Under the pieces are notes generated by a model. That model was not told where the DNA came from. It saw only the letters and a list, made by a program, of their open reading frames with translations, and searched no databases. Position numbers and translations under genes: made by a program. Shown piece after piece: positions 24,343 to 37,677 of a stretch of DNA of 64,000 bases (positions within the stretch are counted from its first letter, which is position 1; the number at the start of each line of letters is the position of its first letter). Source of the DNA: Heteronotia binoei (lineage: Eukaryota); NCBI RefSeq assembly GCF_032191835.1, contig NC_083235.1, positions 33,852,001-33,916,000 on the forward strand. Direction: 5' to 3'.

Positions 24343-24525
24343 CAGGGCTTTTTTTTTGTAACAGGAACTCCTTTGCATATTAGGCCACACACCACTGATG
24401 TAGCCAATCCTCCAAGAGCTTACAGGGCTCTTAGTACAGAGCCTGCTGTAAGCTCCAGGCGGATTGACTACATGGGGGTGGGTGGCCTAATATGCAAAGG
24501 AGTTCCTGCTACAAAAAAAGCCCTG
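24343..24525. mobile_element. hAT MITE, CAGGGCTTTTTTTGTAG family
   Basis: Perfect TSD GAAATTAT. Confidence 0.9.
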
Positions 24526-24839
24526 GAAATTATACGCCACCTTTCTGCCCAGTCAGGACCACCAAGGTGGTTAACAGCTGAATGCACAATCTTATAAAAC
24601 AATAATCAAACCAAGTTTAAAACCAAAACTAAAATACATATATAAAAACAGAGAGACCTAGCAATGAAAAACACAAAACAGGAAAGAGGGTTCATTGAGG
24701 GAACACCAGGTGAGACAAAGACATCTTAAGGTCCTGCGCCCTGACCTGGATAGCCCAGGCTAGCCAATCTAGTCAGATATTATAAGCGAAACAGGGTCAC
24801 TCCTGGGGGGTTTTTTAATGAGAGACTGCCATAAGTCAG

Positions 24840-25360
24840 CTGCAATTCAATGGCACTTTTCACCACAGCATGCTGGTTCCAAACAAGATAGGGCTTTAAA
24901 GGTCAATACCAGCACCTTGAGCCTGGAAACAGATCAGCAACCAGTGTAGATTAAACTGAGGTGATCTGGTCCCTACCTGCTCCAGTCTGCATCTTGGCTG
25001 CAGTATTTTGTACCATACCAGAGCACGGGAGGAGGGAGGACATCCATCCAAACAATAACTGTGTTTCTGTAAAGGTGCAGATGTTAGATTGCTTCTTCGT
25101 ATCTGTGAGAGTCATCACCCTATCCTTAAGCTTGCAAGTTGCTGGTAGGAAAACCCAGGACAAATGCGAAGCTATAGGTAGATTCTGACTAAAGACTCAT
25201 GCCACCAATAAGCAGAATAGCAAGAAAATACAAGAAATGTTCATGAAGTAAAATGGGGATGATGAGGCTTGGAATCTCATTGAAGGCTGATTTGCATATG
25301 GAAATCCATCAGCCAAGAGATAACTCGTGCATTAACAGCAGATATGGGCTAACATTGCAG
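24840..25360 (-). mobile_element. Highly decayed L2 fragment
   Basis: Relic QNTAAKMQTGAGRDQITSV resembles the L2 3' ORF2 segment. Confidence 0.55.
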
Positions 25361-26108
25361 ATATAAAACACTATAGCCAGAACGTTAATGTCTTTTTTGT
25401 TAAGTTTGAAGGTGGCCTCCAAGGGGCTCCTCAGCAGGTCTCCCATCCAGGTCCTGACCAGAAGGAAGCCTGCTTAAGCTTCAAAGTTGCTGAATTACAG
25501 GGTTTCCAACCATACCCTGGCCTGGGACCAATGAAGTGAGGTAGCCAGATGTGTAAACTGGAACTGATGAGACAATGGCAGAAATCTCATCAAGACCTCA
25601 CATAGTTTGAGTGTTTAATAGATTTTAAAAAAGATTAGTTAAGAAAAGTTCCCTTAACTCTTAAACCTGTGGAGAAGTCATTTATACCTGAGCCAAGCAG
25701 TTAAAGAAATTGCCTTAAGTCCCATATCAGTCTCTAATGGCCTCTGTATTGGTCACAGTACACAGTATGGCTGACGCACACAAGCATAAGTAGTCCCTGT
25801 TTAAGAAAGAGCTTTAATTCCCAGGTAGTCATCCATCAAGTTCAGCATTACCAGTTCATTATCTAGTGACAGTTGGTCACCAGCCTGTGGCTGAAAGCCA
25901 GACTAATGAGACAAGAGAGGACCTTTTTGTCTTATGCTCACTTGTTCCTTCTTCTGCCTTCTATTTTTACTTTGGACCAATCAAGCCTTGCTGTACATTG
26001 AATGTCTCCAGAGAACTGGACACCCAGCGTTCTCAAAATGGATTGTGTAGTCTCTCCACCTTTGGCATATTAACCATGACCCAATCTTCTCTTGTTTCTT
26101 CCTGACAG

Positions 26109-26162
26109 ATACCATGGCTGCATACCATTTACGCTGTGTTGGGTGCAATTGTATTCACGATG
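26109..26162 (+). CDS. FAIM2: FAIM2-like exon 11, IPWLHTIYAVLGAIVFTM
   Basis: cctgacag acceptor, ATG|gtaagt donor, 54 bp. Confidence 0.95.
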
Positions 26163-27049
26163 GTAAGTAAAACTAACTCCCAAGGTTCCAGTACGGTTCT
26201 TTTTTCTTCCATTAGCCATGAAAATTCACAGAACTTAATGTGTCCGTTATGGCTTTGCAGTGCAAGGAAGGGTATATAGCCATGTGTTAACAAATCTTTG
26301 AACTTCATGCAGTTATGGGCTGGGTGCAGTCCAGGGGTAGCCAAACTGTGGCTCAGGAGCCACATGTGGCTCTTTCACACATATTGTGTGGCTCTTGAAG
26401 CCCCCACTGCCCTGGAGGCCAGCTTGGAGAAGCATTTGTCTCTTTAAATCACTTCTCCGAGCAAGCCAACCAGCAGCTTGGGGAATGCATTTAAAGTTGA
26501 CGTTGCTTTCTTTCCACCTTTCTTCCCCAAATCTATTTGCTTTCTTTCCACCTTTCCTTCCTTCCTATCTTGTGGCTCTCAAACATCTGATGTTCATGTT
26601 TTGTAGCTCTCAAATATTGGACATTTATTCTCTGTGGCTCTTATGTTAAGCAAATTTGGCCACCCCTGGTACAGTCCAATCTGAAAAGTTTGTGTCCATG
26701 TGCTTTGTTGTATACAATTCAGCCTCGTCATCTTTTAGATCTGTGGCACTGTTCCCTCTGAGCTGTGCACATGAGTGGCTGCTCATTGACACAGGAAGCC
26801 CCTCTCAGGAGCAGTCTGGAGCTGCGCAAGGTCTTGTTTATTTATTTTTCACATTTATATGCTGCCCTCCATGCGAGCGAGCTCAGGGCAGATCACAGAC
26901 AGTAATTAGGCCATTTAAGTGAACATAAGCAATTAATAAATAAATGAATAAATAAAATACATTACATAAAAATTAAAAATGATCACACCATTCGTTGTGC
27001 GCACCATCTCAGAAATCGGTGCCACTGGACTCTGATGTTTGTTTGATCT

Positions 27050-28300
27050 GGGTCACGTAGAAGTGGTGTCTTCAGCAGGGGAGGCCAGCTTTTTTATTGG
27101 ACACCTGCCAGCTCAGCCAAAGGGCTGGCGGAACAGTTCCAATAAGCTGCAGAACAATAAAAGGTCCTGCAAGGTCCTGATCTCACATGGGAGCATGTTC
27201 CACCAGGTTCAGGCCAGGGTAGAAAAAGCTCTGGTCCTGTTCGAAGCTAAGCAGATGTCCCTCAAGCTGGGGACAGCCACCAGATCTTGCTCGGCAGAGC
27301 ACAAGACTCTCCAGGGGACATATAGGAAGAGGCAGTCTCTCAGGTATTTTTGGTCCCAAGTTGCACAAAGCTTTGAAGGTCAATAGCAGTACCTTGAAAC
27401 AAATCCAGTACTCAATTGGTAGCCAGTGCAATTGGTGTAGCACCAGCTGAATGTGTGCCTGCACACACAGCTCAGACAGCAGGTGTGTCACCTCATTTTG
27501 CACCAACTGGAGCTTGTGGATTGACCACAAGGGCCCATGTAAAGCAAGTTACAGTAATCAAGCCTGGAAGTGAGCATTGCTTGGGTCACTGTAGCCAAGT
27601 CCTGGGGGAAGAGGTATGGGGCCAGATGCCTGACCTGCTGGAGATGATAAAAGGCAGACTGGCAACTGTGGTGACCTGGGCCTCTATGGAAAGTGAGCAC
27701 TCCCAGGGGCCTCACCTTCTGGGCTGGCACAAGCAATGTGCCACCCAAAGTGGGCAGTCTGATTCCAGACTCAACTCCACACTGACAGGTACAGAACCTC
27801 CGTCTTCATTGGATTAAGTTTCAGCCGGCTCTCTGTAGCCATCCAACCATGGCCTCCAATATCCTGGTCAGATATTCTGGGGCAGAGTCCAGGCAGCTGT
27901 CCATCAACAAATAGAGCTGGATGTCATTTGCATACTGGTGACAACCCAGCCCAACCCCCTGGACCAGCTGGGCAAGGGGGCACATATAGATGTTAAATAA
28001 TATTGGAGAGTGAATTGCCCCCTGCAGCACTCCACGGTAACATGGGAATACTCCCTCACCAAGTGCCACCCTCTGTCCCCAATTACGGAGGAAGGAGGAA
28101 AAGCATTGCAAGGCAGACCCCCGAACTCTGATCTCAGTGAGGTGATGGGTCAGAAGATTGTAATCGACCATGTCAAACACTGCTATCAAATCTAGAAGTA
28201 ACAGCAGCGCTGACCCGCTCACTCTCTGTGCTCCACTCACCAGGAGGGGAGAAATTAGAGGGAAGATCGATCGGTAGCACTGTATGTGTGCACAGAGGTG
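27050..28300 (-). mobile_element. Degenerate L2 LINE RT/3' fragment
   Basis: ORFs 27821..28303 (LLLLDL..FD.VD, GVLQG..SP.LFNIYM, HQYAND), 27488..27748 (TSRLDYCN) and 27183..27530 (LHWLP). Confidence 0.88.
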
Positions 28301-28529
28301 CAAGAGGTAGTCCTCACTTCACTGCAAAGATCTGAGAGCCCTAAACTTTGACAGACTTGCTTTCAAACAAGATAAACTTTCCCATCAGCTGAACACATTA
28401 AGTGCTTCCCTGTTAGGAATGCCATTCCCCCTTGAAGCTTGCTTGGCACTTCCCTTACTGTCTTTTAGGACATGGTATAAAAGTTAGCTTCAGATCCCTG
28501 CCATGGAAGCTGACTGAGTGACCTTTCAC

Positions 28530-28957
28530 CAGAGGAGGCTCGTCCACTAGGCAGACCTAGGCGGCTGCTTAGGGTGCAGGCCAGGGCGTGTGTGCCAAAT
28601 TGGACCCTCCTCCTGCCTCTCAGGCGGTTCATCCCAGGCCCACCCCAACCCACCTCCCACACCCTTCCACCCTCCTGTGGGCAAAGCTGGAGGGTGGGGA
28701 GGGTGTGTGCAGTGGTGCAGCAAGGCTTTGAGTGGTGCAGAGGCCACGAGCCACCTGGCTGCCATTGTTCTGCTTTTGCTTCCAGAATGCGAAGTGATGG
28801 TGGCCAGGCAGCACGCAGCCTCTCTGTGCCACTCAAAGCCTTGCTGCACCACCATGTGCACCCTCTCTGCCCTCCAGCTTTGCTCGCGGGGACAGCATGG
28901 ATCAGGGGTGGGAGCAGGGCCTCGCCTAGGGCGCCAGATGCCTTAGATTCGCCCCTG
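28530..28957. mobile_element. hAT (Tip100-like) MITE with an internal inverted repeat
   Basis: Right end gcccctg; TSD cct(t/g)tcac. Confidence 0.7.
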
Positions 28958-31447
28958 CCTGTCACTTATTCTCTCTCAGCCCAGCTTACCTCTCAGGGTA
29001 TTTTTGTGAGTAGAAATCAGAGGAGGGGAGAATATTGTTGTAAGCTGCTTTGGGTCCCCACTGGGAGAAAAATGAGGTAAGAATTGCTAATTAAATAAAT
29101 ATAGTAAGCACAGGGCCGAACCAATCCTTTTTTGAGCAGGATTACCATAGCAATTGTATCTTTTTCAGCCATTTTATGGTCTGCTTCTAGCCTGAGGGAG
29201 TGTTTTGCAGAATATTTTAAAGATCTTTCTTTTATACCCTTAGCCATTTTTAAATATCGATTTTTTTTGTTATTTTTATGATTTTGTGGCATTGTTTTTA
29301 CCCGAGAGTCACTTCAAGCAGGTTGCTGGACAGGTTGTATAGATGTTTTCTAAATAAACAAACAGATAAGTGTCTTCTGCAGGTAGGGCCTTCTCTGTGG
29401 TTGCCCCACTAACAGAACTGTGGATCTTTGGCTGGGACTCCGTCCATCGCCTTTTTTGGTGCCAGGGGAAGTCTGCCCTGAGTCTTGGGTCCCTATATTT
29501 AGAGAGAAAGGCAAGCATCTAAATGCCTTACATTAAACATTGTTGTTGGCTAAGGCATTATCTTGCCCTGTTATTTATTTATTAATTATTGGCCCTATAC
29601 TGCTGGCCAGGCAGGGGGAAATAACTGTGGAAGACGTCCAAGTCCACATCATAGCACAACATCAGATCTCTTTCCATCCACTTACTCATTTTGTCCAGGT
29701 CACCAAATTAGCCCTCATTTCATGATCAGTACACTTTCCCTGCTAATTGGCAGAAATCACAGACATCAAAAGTTGCAGAAACTGAATGGGAACCCTTAGC
29801 CTCATGGCTGTCCTGCATGTGGCCTTCAAACTGTTCATATGGCAGGAATGTATCGTTATGTTTGCTGAGTTGATGGGTATCGTTTCTCAAGTGCAGCTGC
29901 ACTTGCTTGGAAGATGATTTATTTGCAAGAAGCACTGCTTTTGAAGAACCCAAAGCATGCCAGGCATTCAGAAGCACACAAGCAGAAAGAAATTGTAAGA
30001 GACTCAGACAACAGTGAACCACAAAGCAAAGGGCAGGTAGGCTACAGAGAATGGCTTGGAATGCCAATGTTCAAGATGTGTCAAAAAAGCAAGCTAAACT
30101 ACCCATCACAGCGTAAGCTGGCATGCAGAGGTTTTTTGTTATCAGGAATGCACACGAACACAGTTCCGACTGGCTTGGTGTCAGAGGGTGTGGCCTAATA
30201 TGCAAATGAGCTGCTGCTGGGCTTTTTCTACAAAAAAAGCCCTGCTGGCACACATGCATACTTTGAGTCCCATACTCATACACAAATTCCTCCACCCACT
30301 GGCTTTGCCAGTTGCCCATTGGGAGAGGAATAAAGGTACCGTCAGTTTTTGAAGCTCTATGTCATCTGTGAGAATTTGTGTGTGTGTCTGTGTGCACCGA
30401 AGTCAGCAATAAGAGTGGTTGCCAGATTTTTTTTTCTTCTAGGAAAGTGAGAATATTTTTGGTCAGTAGCAGCATTTTCACTAGGTGCACATGCTTGAAC
30501 CTCATACACACAAAACTAGGCAATTACCTAAGGCACTTAGAGGGCAAGGGGGCACCAGGGGAGTCAAAGAAAGGCTCCTGTTTTGGTTCTTCAGGGCATT
30601 TAGGCACTCATTCTCCATTCAGTGACACCCTGCTCTCCTGAGTCTGCCCAACTCTCAGAAGGGTTTTCTGTGCGCCTCCTTCAGTACACTGTCACCTGCT
30701 GGCCAGTTTCAGAAATCTTCACCAAGAGGGCTAGCACTTCCTTCCATGTTGCTGTTTAAAGACTCCACCTAATATTTGTGTCTCCCAGTACCCAGTGACT
30801 AGTTACCGTGGCAACAGCATTGCTGTACTTGCATACTCCCAGGGTAACAGTGATCTAGCAGCCAACTGCCTCCCTTCTCCTGGGTTTCAACAGTGGATGT
30901 CTGTGTGGTGCAGAGAGCAGTTACCAGCATTTAGAACAGAAAAGGGTTCACTGAAAAGGCACAGCAACCGACTGAGCAAGAAATACAAAGATATAGTGCT
31001 AACATACAGTCCTGTGTCCCTCAGCCCTGCACATGCCTAGCTGGGCTCATTCCAAGGCAGGCTCTTTAAACTTAAAAGTTAACAGCATTCAAAAAGCTTC
31101 CCATTACCTTTGAGTCTTTGCCTGGGTTGTCTGCACTTTATTAGCTCCATGGGGCAATGGTGGCCATCAAGATGGAGCCCAGGTGACAGAGCTTCTTCCA
31201 CCAGATGGAATCAGGAAAATGAATCACATTCCCTCTTTGCCAAGGGGATTTATCACTAGGAGCACCCAAAAGTGGCAACTCTAGATGGCCAGCAACTCCA
31301 AGCGCATGCATGCCATCTGGCTGGCTCGCTAGTATCTTTGGAAATGTGTAACAGGTTGGCCACCAGCTCAGAGCATGCCTGGCAGCAGCTCCAAGTAGGC
31401 TGGCTGACTGGTGGCTCCAGCACACATAAACCAGCATGCACTCCTCC

Positions 31448-31929
31448 TAGGGTTGCCAAGTCCAATTCAAGAAATATCTAAGGACTGGGGTGGAGCCAGG
31501 AGACATTGGGGGTGGAGCCAAAAGCAAGGGTGTGACAAGCCTTTGAACTCCAAAGGGAGTTCTGGCCATCACATTTAAAGGGACTGCACACCTTTTAATG
31601 CCTTCCTTTCACTGGAAATAATGAAGGATAGGGGCATCTTCTTTTGGTCCTTGGTCCAATCTCTTTGAAACTTGGAGGATGTTTTGAAGAGAGGCACCAA
31701 ATGCTATGCTGAAAATTTGGTGTCTGTTCCTCTAAAAGCAGCCCCCCCAGAGCCCCAGATACCCACAGATTAATTTACCATTATACCTTATGGGAATCAG
31801 TCTCCATGGGGAATAATGGAGTGGCCAGCAGACATTCCCCCCCCCCCTTGCTTTCTGATGACTCTGAAGTGGGGGGAGGGCCTCCAAACCGGGGGATCCC
31901 CTGGCCCCACCTGAGGATTCCCAACCCTA
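31448..31929 (+). mobile_element. hAT MITE, about 510-bp family
   Basis: TSD ac(t/c)cctcc. Confidence 0.85.
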
Positions 31930-34900
31930 ACCCCTCCTGGCCAGGCAGGGGCAATAGCACCCAACGCACTCAGGCCACGCTGGTCCTACACACCAAAGAA
32001 CACAATCACTCGATTCAGCCAGTAGTGCGCTGTGAGTGAGATATTAGCAGCATGTGCATTTGTGGTTCCTCAGTAGCTACAACAGGCTGTCTTGGGATAA
32101 GGGAGGTAGAGGTGGCAGTGAAGAAAGTTAATAATATGATACTGCTGGCACTTATGGCCCACTTTCCTGTGCAGTGTCTCTATGCTGTGCTAAATCCTCA
32201 GGAGCAAGCCCAGCTTACCATGCCAGCCAGCACCAGCTGAATGAATAACTAGAAAGCATTTGTTTTTACAGCTGCCAGAATTTTTAAAAGCAAATGTTGA
32301 CAACTTGATTTCTCCTCTGATTCACTAGCCAGTCTGCTCTAAATTCCTTCTTTGCTTCAAATATTCCCACATCAATGACTGCATCAAATGTCTTCTCATT
32401 TTGATTTTCAACATGAAAGTTGTGTTCTCCCAAGCTCCATTTCTCTGAAAACGATCATAAAATGAACAGGTTACAGTAGGCCCTGTAAGAACAGCCCTGT
32501 AAATTCTTGGAGGATTGGCTACATCAGGCCTAATTCTTGGAGGATTGGCCTAATATGCAAAGGAGTTCCTGCTACAAAAAAAGCCCTGACTTTTTCCCCT
32601 TTGCAACTGTTCAGAGTCAGTTCTCTCCTAATCCGCTGCAGCTTCAGGACCATCCCCCCCTCCAACCAATCAGGGATCACATATTGAATCTGATCATTTT
32701 GCAGCATTACCTACTGAGTTAGATTTGACTAAGTGATTTCATCAGAGAGGGCAGGCAATCTGGATTGAGAGTGAGGACAATGCTTTTGTAACTGGTTACA
32801 TGTGTCCAGAGCTTTTTTTGAGCAGAAATGCACAGGAACGCAGTTCTGGCTGGCTTGGCATCAGGGGATGTGGCCTAATATGCAAAGGAGTTCCTGCTGG
32901 GCTTTTTCTACAAAAAAGGCCTGCATGTGTCATTATTCCAACCAGTGAGGTTATCAGTTGCCCCCATTGAACAGGTGAACACACCTGTCTTCTCACATCA
33001 GCCTTGCAAAAATTGCTGGAGAGATAGTCGAGAAAGGTGTGTGGAGGGTTAGCTCCTCCATTTGTGTAAAGAGCACACTGACCTCTTTTGGCTAAGCTCA
33101 GCCTATTTCCATTTCCCTTTCTATGCTGGCTAATTTTGGGTCCACTAAAACCTGCTCTTATGCATTTGCCCAGTGACAGGGCAAGCAGGTCTTCTAATAT
33201 AGGCCAACCCAAATTAATGGCCCAGTGCCCTCGCCCAGTGCCCTCGGCCAGCCAAGGTTATCGTGGCCATGTTTGCTGTAACCATGGGAAAATAGACTGG
33301 CTTGCCACATCCACTTTCAAACAAACAAAAGGCTGTTCTCTTGGAGCTTTCTGATACCTGCACTTTGTGCTGTTGATAACCCATGATTTATTACTTACAC
33401 TAAACCACTCCCATGAATCTCACTCTTTGTCCAGCAGGAAAAATATATACATATCTTGAACATTTTAAATAGGCATTAGGGTGCAACAAAGAAACCAAGT
33501 TAACAAACACAGATTGTATGGGGGCCATTTTTGTTCTGCATCTATAAATCAGGAAGGCGGTATGGCAAGCAGACCACTTTTTGTACTACTGCCTAATATT
33601 TGTTATTTTCTGGAAACAGTACACTGTGGGAAGGTAGGCAAGTGTTTATCAGATCCTAGCATTAAGGCCATCATATTTGTAAATGGAACTTTGTTTCCAT
33701 GGTCTTTTATATAACCTTTCAATGCATGTTAGGAAGGTGAAACCACTGATTTGTTTATTTTTTAAAAGTTTTTTTTTTTTAAAAAATTAGGCCACTTTCA
33801 TGAAGTGGCTTATCAAAAAGCAAATGGCCTCCAATGCAGCCAGTAAAAACAAATGTACCGGTGACTAGACGATTCACATGGTAAAATTCATAACCAGACA
33901 GAGCCAAAGAATAGCCAAAGAAAATCTGATTTACATCCGTTTCTAGTGGCAAGAAAGAAGGTGCAACTTTGTGTTTGGGCAATCACTATAAATGCCCTTT
34001 ACTTGGCATTTATAGGGCTGGCTAGCCTTCCACTGGTAACCCTGGGAACATTTCAGGGACAGAGACTGGGAAAGGGTAGTGTCACGAACACTGATGTCAT
34101 TTCCAGTTCAGCACAGGGAAGTGATGGCACAGCATTCACAGTACTCTAGGAATTCTCCCAATCTCTGTGGTAAACCTCCCAATCTCTGGTAAATTTCAAG
34201 ACCTTTAAAAACAAATACAGGCAATCAGATACATGATGTGCAATTCCATTAGGGAGAAAATACCATTCCAAAAGAGTGTTTGTGCAGTTAAAAAATTTAA
34301 GTCATACACAAGTTGTATTGCATTATGTTAGCAGATATAAAAATAAAAATTAAGAGTGAGTTGTTCATGCTGCTCTAGAACCCCAGATCCAGGTTGAGCA
34401 TACCCATTTCTCTTCCTCCTGTCCAAGACTCTCTCTCCAGAATCCCAAGGTGTGCTGTATTGGTGCCAACACGTGCAAATTACAATCATATACCGTGGTG
34501 CCTTTCAAAGTATTGTTTTACAAAGAGCCCCGGGATTCTTTCACCACTTGCTTCCATGCAATGTGTCTGTTGGTTCTTGAGGAACTCTATAACTGATTAT
34601 TTTCCTGATATGATCAAGGATTCGTGCCCAATATTTTTGAATTATTCTTGGACAAGCTGACTAGTGCTGAAAATAAAAACCCTCTGTCTCGTTTTCTTCC
34701 AGCAAATCTTGGGACCTCTCTTACAGATATGTGATTTGACTGGAGTATATATTTTAAAGGACAGTTCCTTGATAGGTATAGAAGATTATGATAGGCATAG
34801 AAGACCACAGAGGGCAATGGGCCTGGATGAGGATCCATTACGAGCACTTTCTGCTATAAGTACTTTCTGCTGCTACAAGCACTTTCTGCCTGTGAAGTTT

Positions 34901-35276
34901 GGAATTTTGGAGTGAACATATAAGGTGTTTACAAATGTGTAGATGGTAACCTTCAGGTGGGGCCTGGAAATCTTCAGGAATTACAACTGATCTCCACACA
35001 GCAGAGATCAGTTCCCCTGGAGAAAATGGCAGCTTTGGAGAGTGGACTCTATGGCATCATCTGGTGCATTCATTCCCCTCCCCAAAATCCACCCTCCACA
35101 GGCTCCACTCTCAAATCTCCAGGAATTTCCCAATCCAGAACTGGCAACCTTTGTCTAAGGCAGCACAACTGCTTAAGAGACTTGAAATACTGTAATGCAG
35201 GGCTGGCCAAACTTTCACACATATTGTGGCTCCCAGAGGTCAAAGAGGAACTTAATACAGGCTTACTCTCAAGTTA

Positions 35277-36294
35277 GAAGCCCCGTGGCACAGAGTGGTG
35301 AGTGGTAAAGCTGCAGTACTGCAGTCAGAACCCTCTGCTCACAACCTGAGTTTGATCCCAGTGAAAGCTGGTTCAGGTAGCTGGCTCAGGTTGACTCAGC
35401 CTTCCAAAGGGTTGCCAAGTCCAATTCAAGAAATATCTGGGGACTTTGGGGGTGGAGCCAGAAGACTTTGGGGGTGGAGCCAGGAGACATTGGGGCAGAG
35501 CCAGGAACAAGGGTGTGACAAGCATAATTGAACTCCAAGGGAGTTCTGCCCATCACATTTAAAGGGACAGCACACCTTTTTAAATGTCTTCCTTCCATCG
35601 GAAATAACGAAGGATAGGGGCACCTTCTTTTGGGGCTCATAAAATTGGACCCCCTGGTCCAATCATTTTGAAACTTGGGGGGTACTTTGGGAAGAGGCAC
35701 TAGATGCTATACTGAAAATTTGGTGCCTCTACCTCAAAAAACAGCTCCCCCAGAGCCCCCGAAACTTCCAGATCAATTCCCCATTATACCCTATGAGAAT
35801 CAATCTCCACATAGGGAATAATGAAGTGCTCAGCCGACGTTTCCCTCTTCCCCCCACCCCGTTTCCAGCAACTCTGAAGTGAGGGATTGGCATCTCTACT
35901 CACGAGTTGCTGCCAGCTTCTTCAAAGTAACACAGACACATCATCCCAAGAGGAAGCCTTTCATTCGGAGCCTGAAGCCTCTGGAGGTAGAAAGGCACAT
36001 GGTCCTCTGGGGACAGGGCTTCCCCCTGCCGGCCAGCTGACTGGGTGCAGGAAGAAGCCAGGGAAAGCGGAAGAACCCCCGTTGGGACCTGGGGATTGGC
36101 AAGCCTAGCCTTCCATCCTTCTGAAGTCAGTAAAATGAGTACCCAGCTTGCTGGGGGGGGGGGGAGTGTAGATGAGTGGGGAAGGCAATGGCAAACCACC
36201 CCGTAAAAAGTCTACCATGAAAATGTTGTGAAAGCAATGTCACCCCAGAGTTGAAAACGACTGGTGCTTGCACAGGGGACTACCTTTACCTTTT
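35277..36294 (+). mobile_element. Sauria SINE split by a hAT MITE
   Basis: Head 35277-35406 and tail 36108-36294; tactctcaagt TSD. Confidence 0.9.
35407..36107 (+). mobile_element. hAT MITE, 701-bp long variant of the 510-bp family
   Basis: Perfect TSD GCCTTCCA within a Sauria SINE. Confidence 0.9.
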
Positions 36295-37146
36295 TACTCT
36301 CAAGTAAGCGTGCTTAGCATCAGGACCTCGGTCAGCCTCTGAGTGCTGACCTGTAGGTAGGTGACTATTTCTGCCATGTGTGAAGTGGGCAAGGAAGGGG
36401 AAATAGGCAGGCTTGAAAGCTCTTCTCCACCACAGAAGTTGCCCGGAGACCTACAAGGAAAGAAAATGCAAGAGATGAGGGAGCCACTGGAAGGAGGGTC
36501 GGAATTAAAAAGGGTGGCACAGGGTTCCCCCTTAGTTTCATAGCTCTTGTAGGAGCTGCATTGACTAACCTTGGTGTCAAGCCAAAGAGAGATGCATAAT
36601 GATGCAAACAGTGGTCAGTGATTTATGGTACATGTGTGTTTCCTTCTACTGGTGCCAAAAATAATTCCCTAACCTATATTGGTTTTATGGGGACTGTTAT
36701 TCCCACTTTTCAACACGACCATGTTAGAAGTCTCCTAGCATGGTCATGTTGTGAAGTGCATACATATGTATTTTATCTTTCTGTGCAAAGAAAGTATTAA
36801 GAGTTTTAATAAAGATATGTGTGTGGTATTTGTTCATGTCTTGCGGCTCTCAGATAGCTGGTGTTTATTCTATGTGACTCTTACATTAAGCAAGTTTGGC
36901 CACCCCAATGCATGAAAGGTTACAAACGTAGAAGACATTGATATGCAGTAAAAAGGGGTGATGCATTACTAGAATTGCAATAGACTACGGTACTATCCTT
37001 ACATGATAGTTCTGATCCCTTTATAAGGATGTCCTCCTGAACATCTCTGTTTTTCACATTCTGCAAAGTGACAGATGCATGAGGGCCTTGCCAAAGAAAT
37101 TTACTGTTGTAAAGACACAACTTGCAAGAGGCCTGTGAGGAAAGCC

Positions 37147-37264
37147 CAGGGCTTTTTTTTAAGCAGAACTGCACAGGAACGCAGGTCCGGCTAGCTTGGT
37201 GTCAGGGGTGTGGCCTAATATGCAAATGAGTCCCTGCTAGGCTTTTTCTATTAAAAAAGCCCTG
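37147..37264. mobile_element. hAT MITE, CAGGGCTTTT family, 118-bp form; others at 30126-30244, about 32805-32925 and 50488-50604
   Basis: Perfect TSD GGAAAGCC; contains ATGCAAAT. Confidence 0.9.
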
Positions 37265-37283
37265 GGAAAGCCTATATCAATCT

Positions 37284-37503
37284 CAGGGTTGCCTACCTCC
37301 AGGTAAGGCCTAGAGTTCCCCTGGAACTACAACTGATACAAAGATCAGTTCCCCTAAAAGAAATAGCCATCTTTGGAGGGTGAACTCCATGGAATCACAT
37401 CCCTGCTGAACTCCCTTACCACATCGAACTCAGCCCTCCCCCCCCCCCAAAAAAAAAATCCCTAAATCTCCAGGAATTAGCTAAGCCAGAGTTGACAACT
37501 CTT
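37284..37503 (+). mobile_element. About 220-bp TAGGGTTGCCA-type MITE; the family also occurs at about 10342-10566, 21655-21868, 34950-35150, 43540-43680, 48060-48170 and 50090-50250
   Basis: Shared core ttgccaacctccaggt..ggagatc..atcagttcccctggagaaaatggc..tttggaaggtggactctatgg. Confidence 0.8.
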
Positions 37504-37527
37504 AACCTCTGTGTTTTCTTTCCCCAG

Positions 37528-37677
37528 TTCCTGGCCTTCGATACACAGCTGTTGATGGGTAACCGCAGTTATGCGCTGAGCCCTGAGGAATACATCTTTG
37601 GAGCCCTCAACATTTATATTGACATTGTCTACATATTCACCTACTTGCTGCAGATCACTGGGTCCACCCAAGAATGA
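37528..37677 (+). CDS. FAIM2: FAIM2-like terminal coding exon, FLAFDTQLLMGNRSYALSPEEYIFGALNIYIDIVYIFTYLLQITGSTQE*
   Basis: ttccccag acceptor, 150 bp to TGA, SPEEYIFGALNIY signature (ORF 37492..37677). FAIM2 rather than GRINA or TMBIM1 based on the motif and adjacency to BCDIN3D. Confidence 0.95.
   Translation, partial: FLAFDTQLLMGNRSYALSPEEYIFGALNIYIDIVYIFTYLLQITGSTQE

Noticed and set aside
29540-29690. Faint Gypsy RNase H-like relic on the minus strand (…GQDNALAN)
   Set aside because: Too short and degenerate to support without a profile search.
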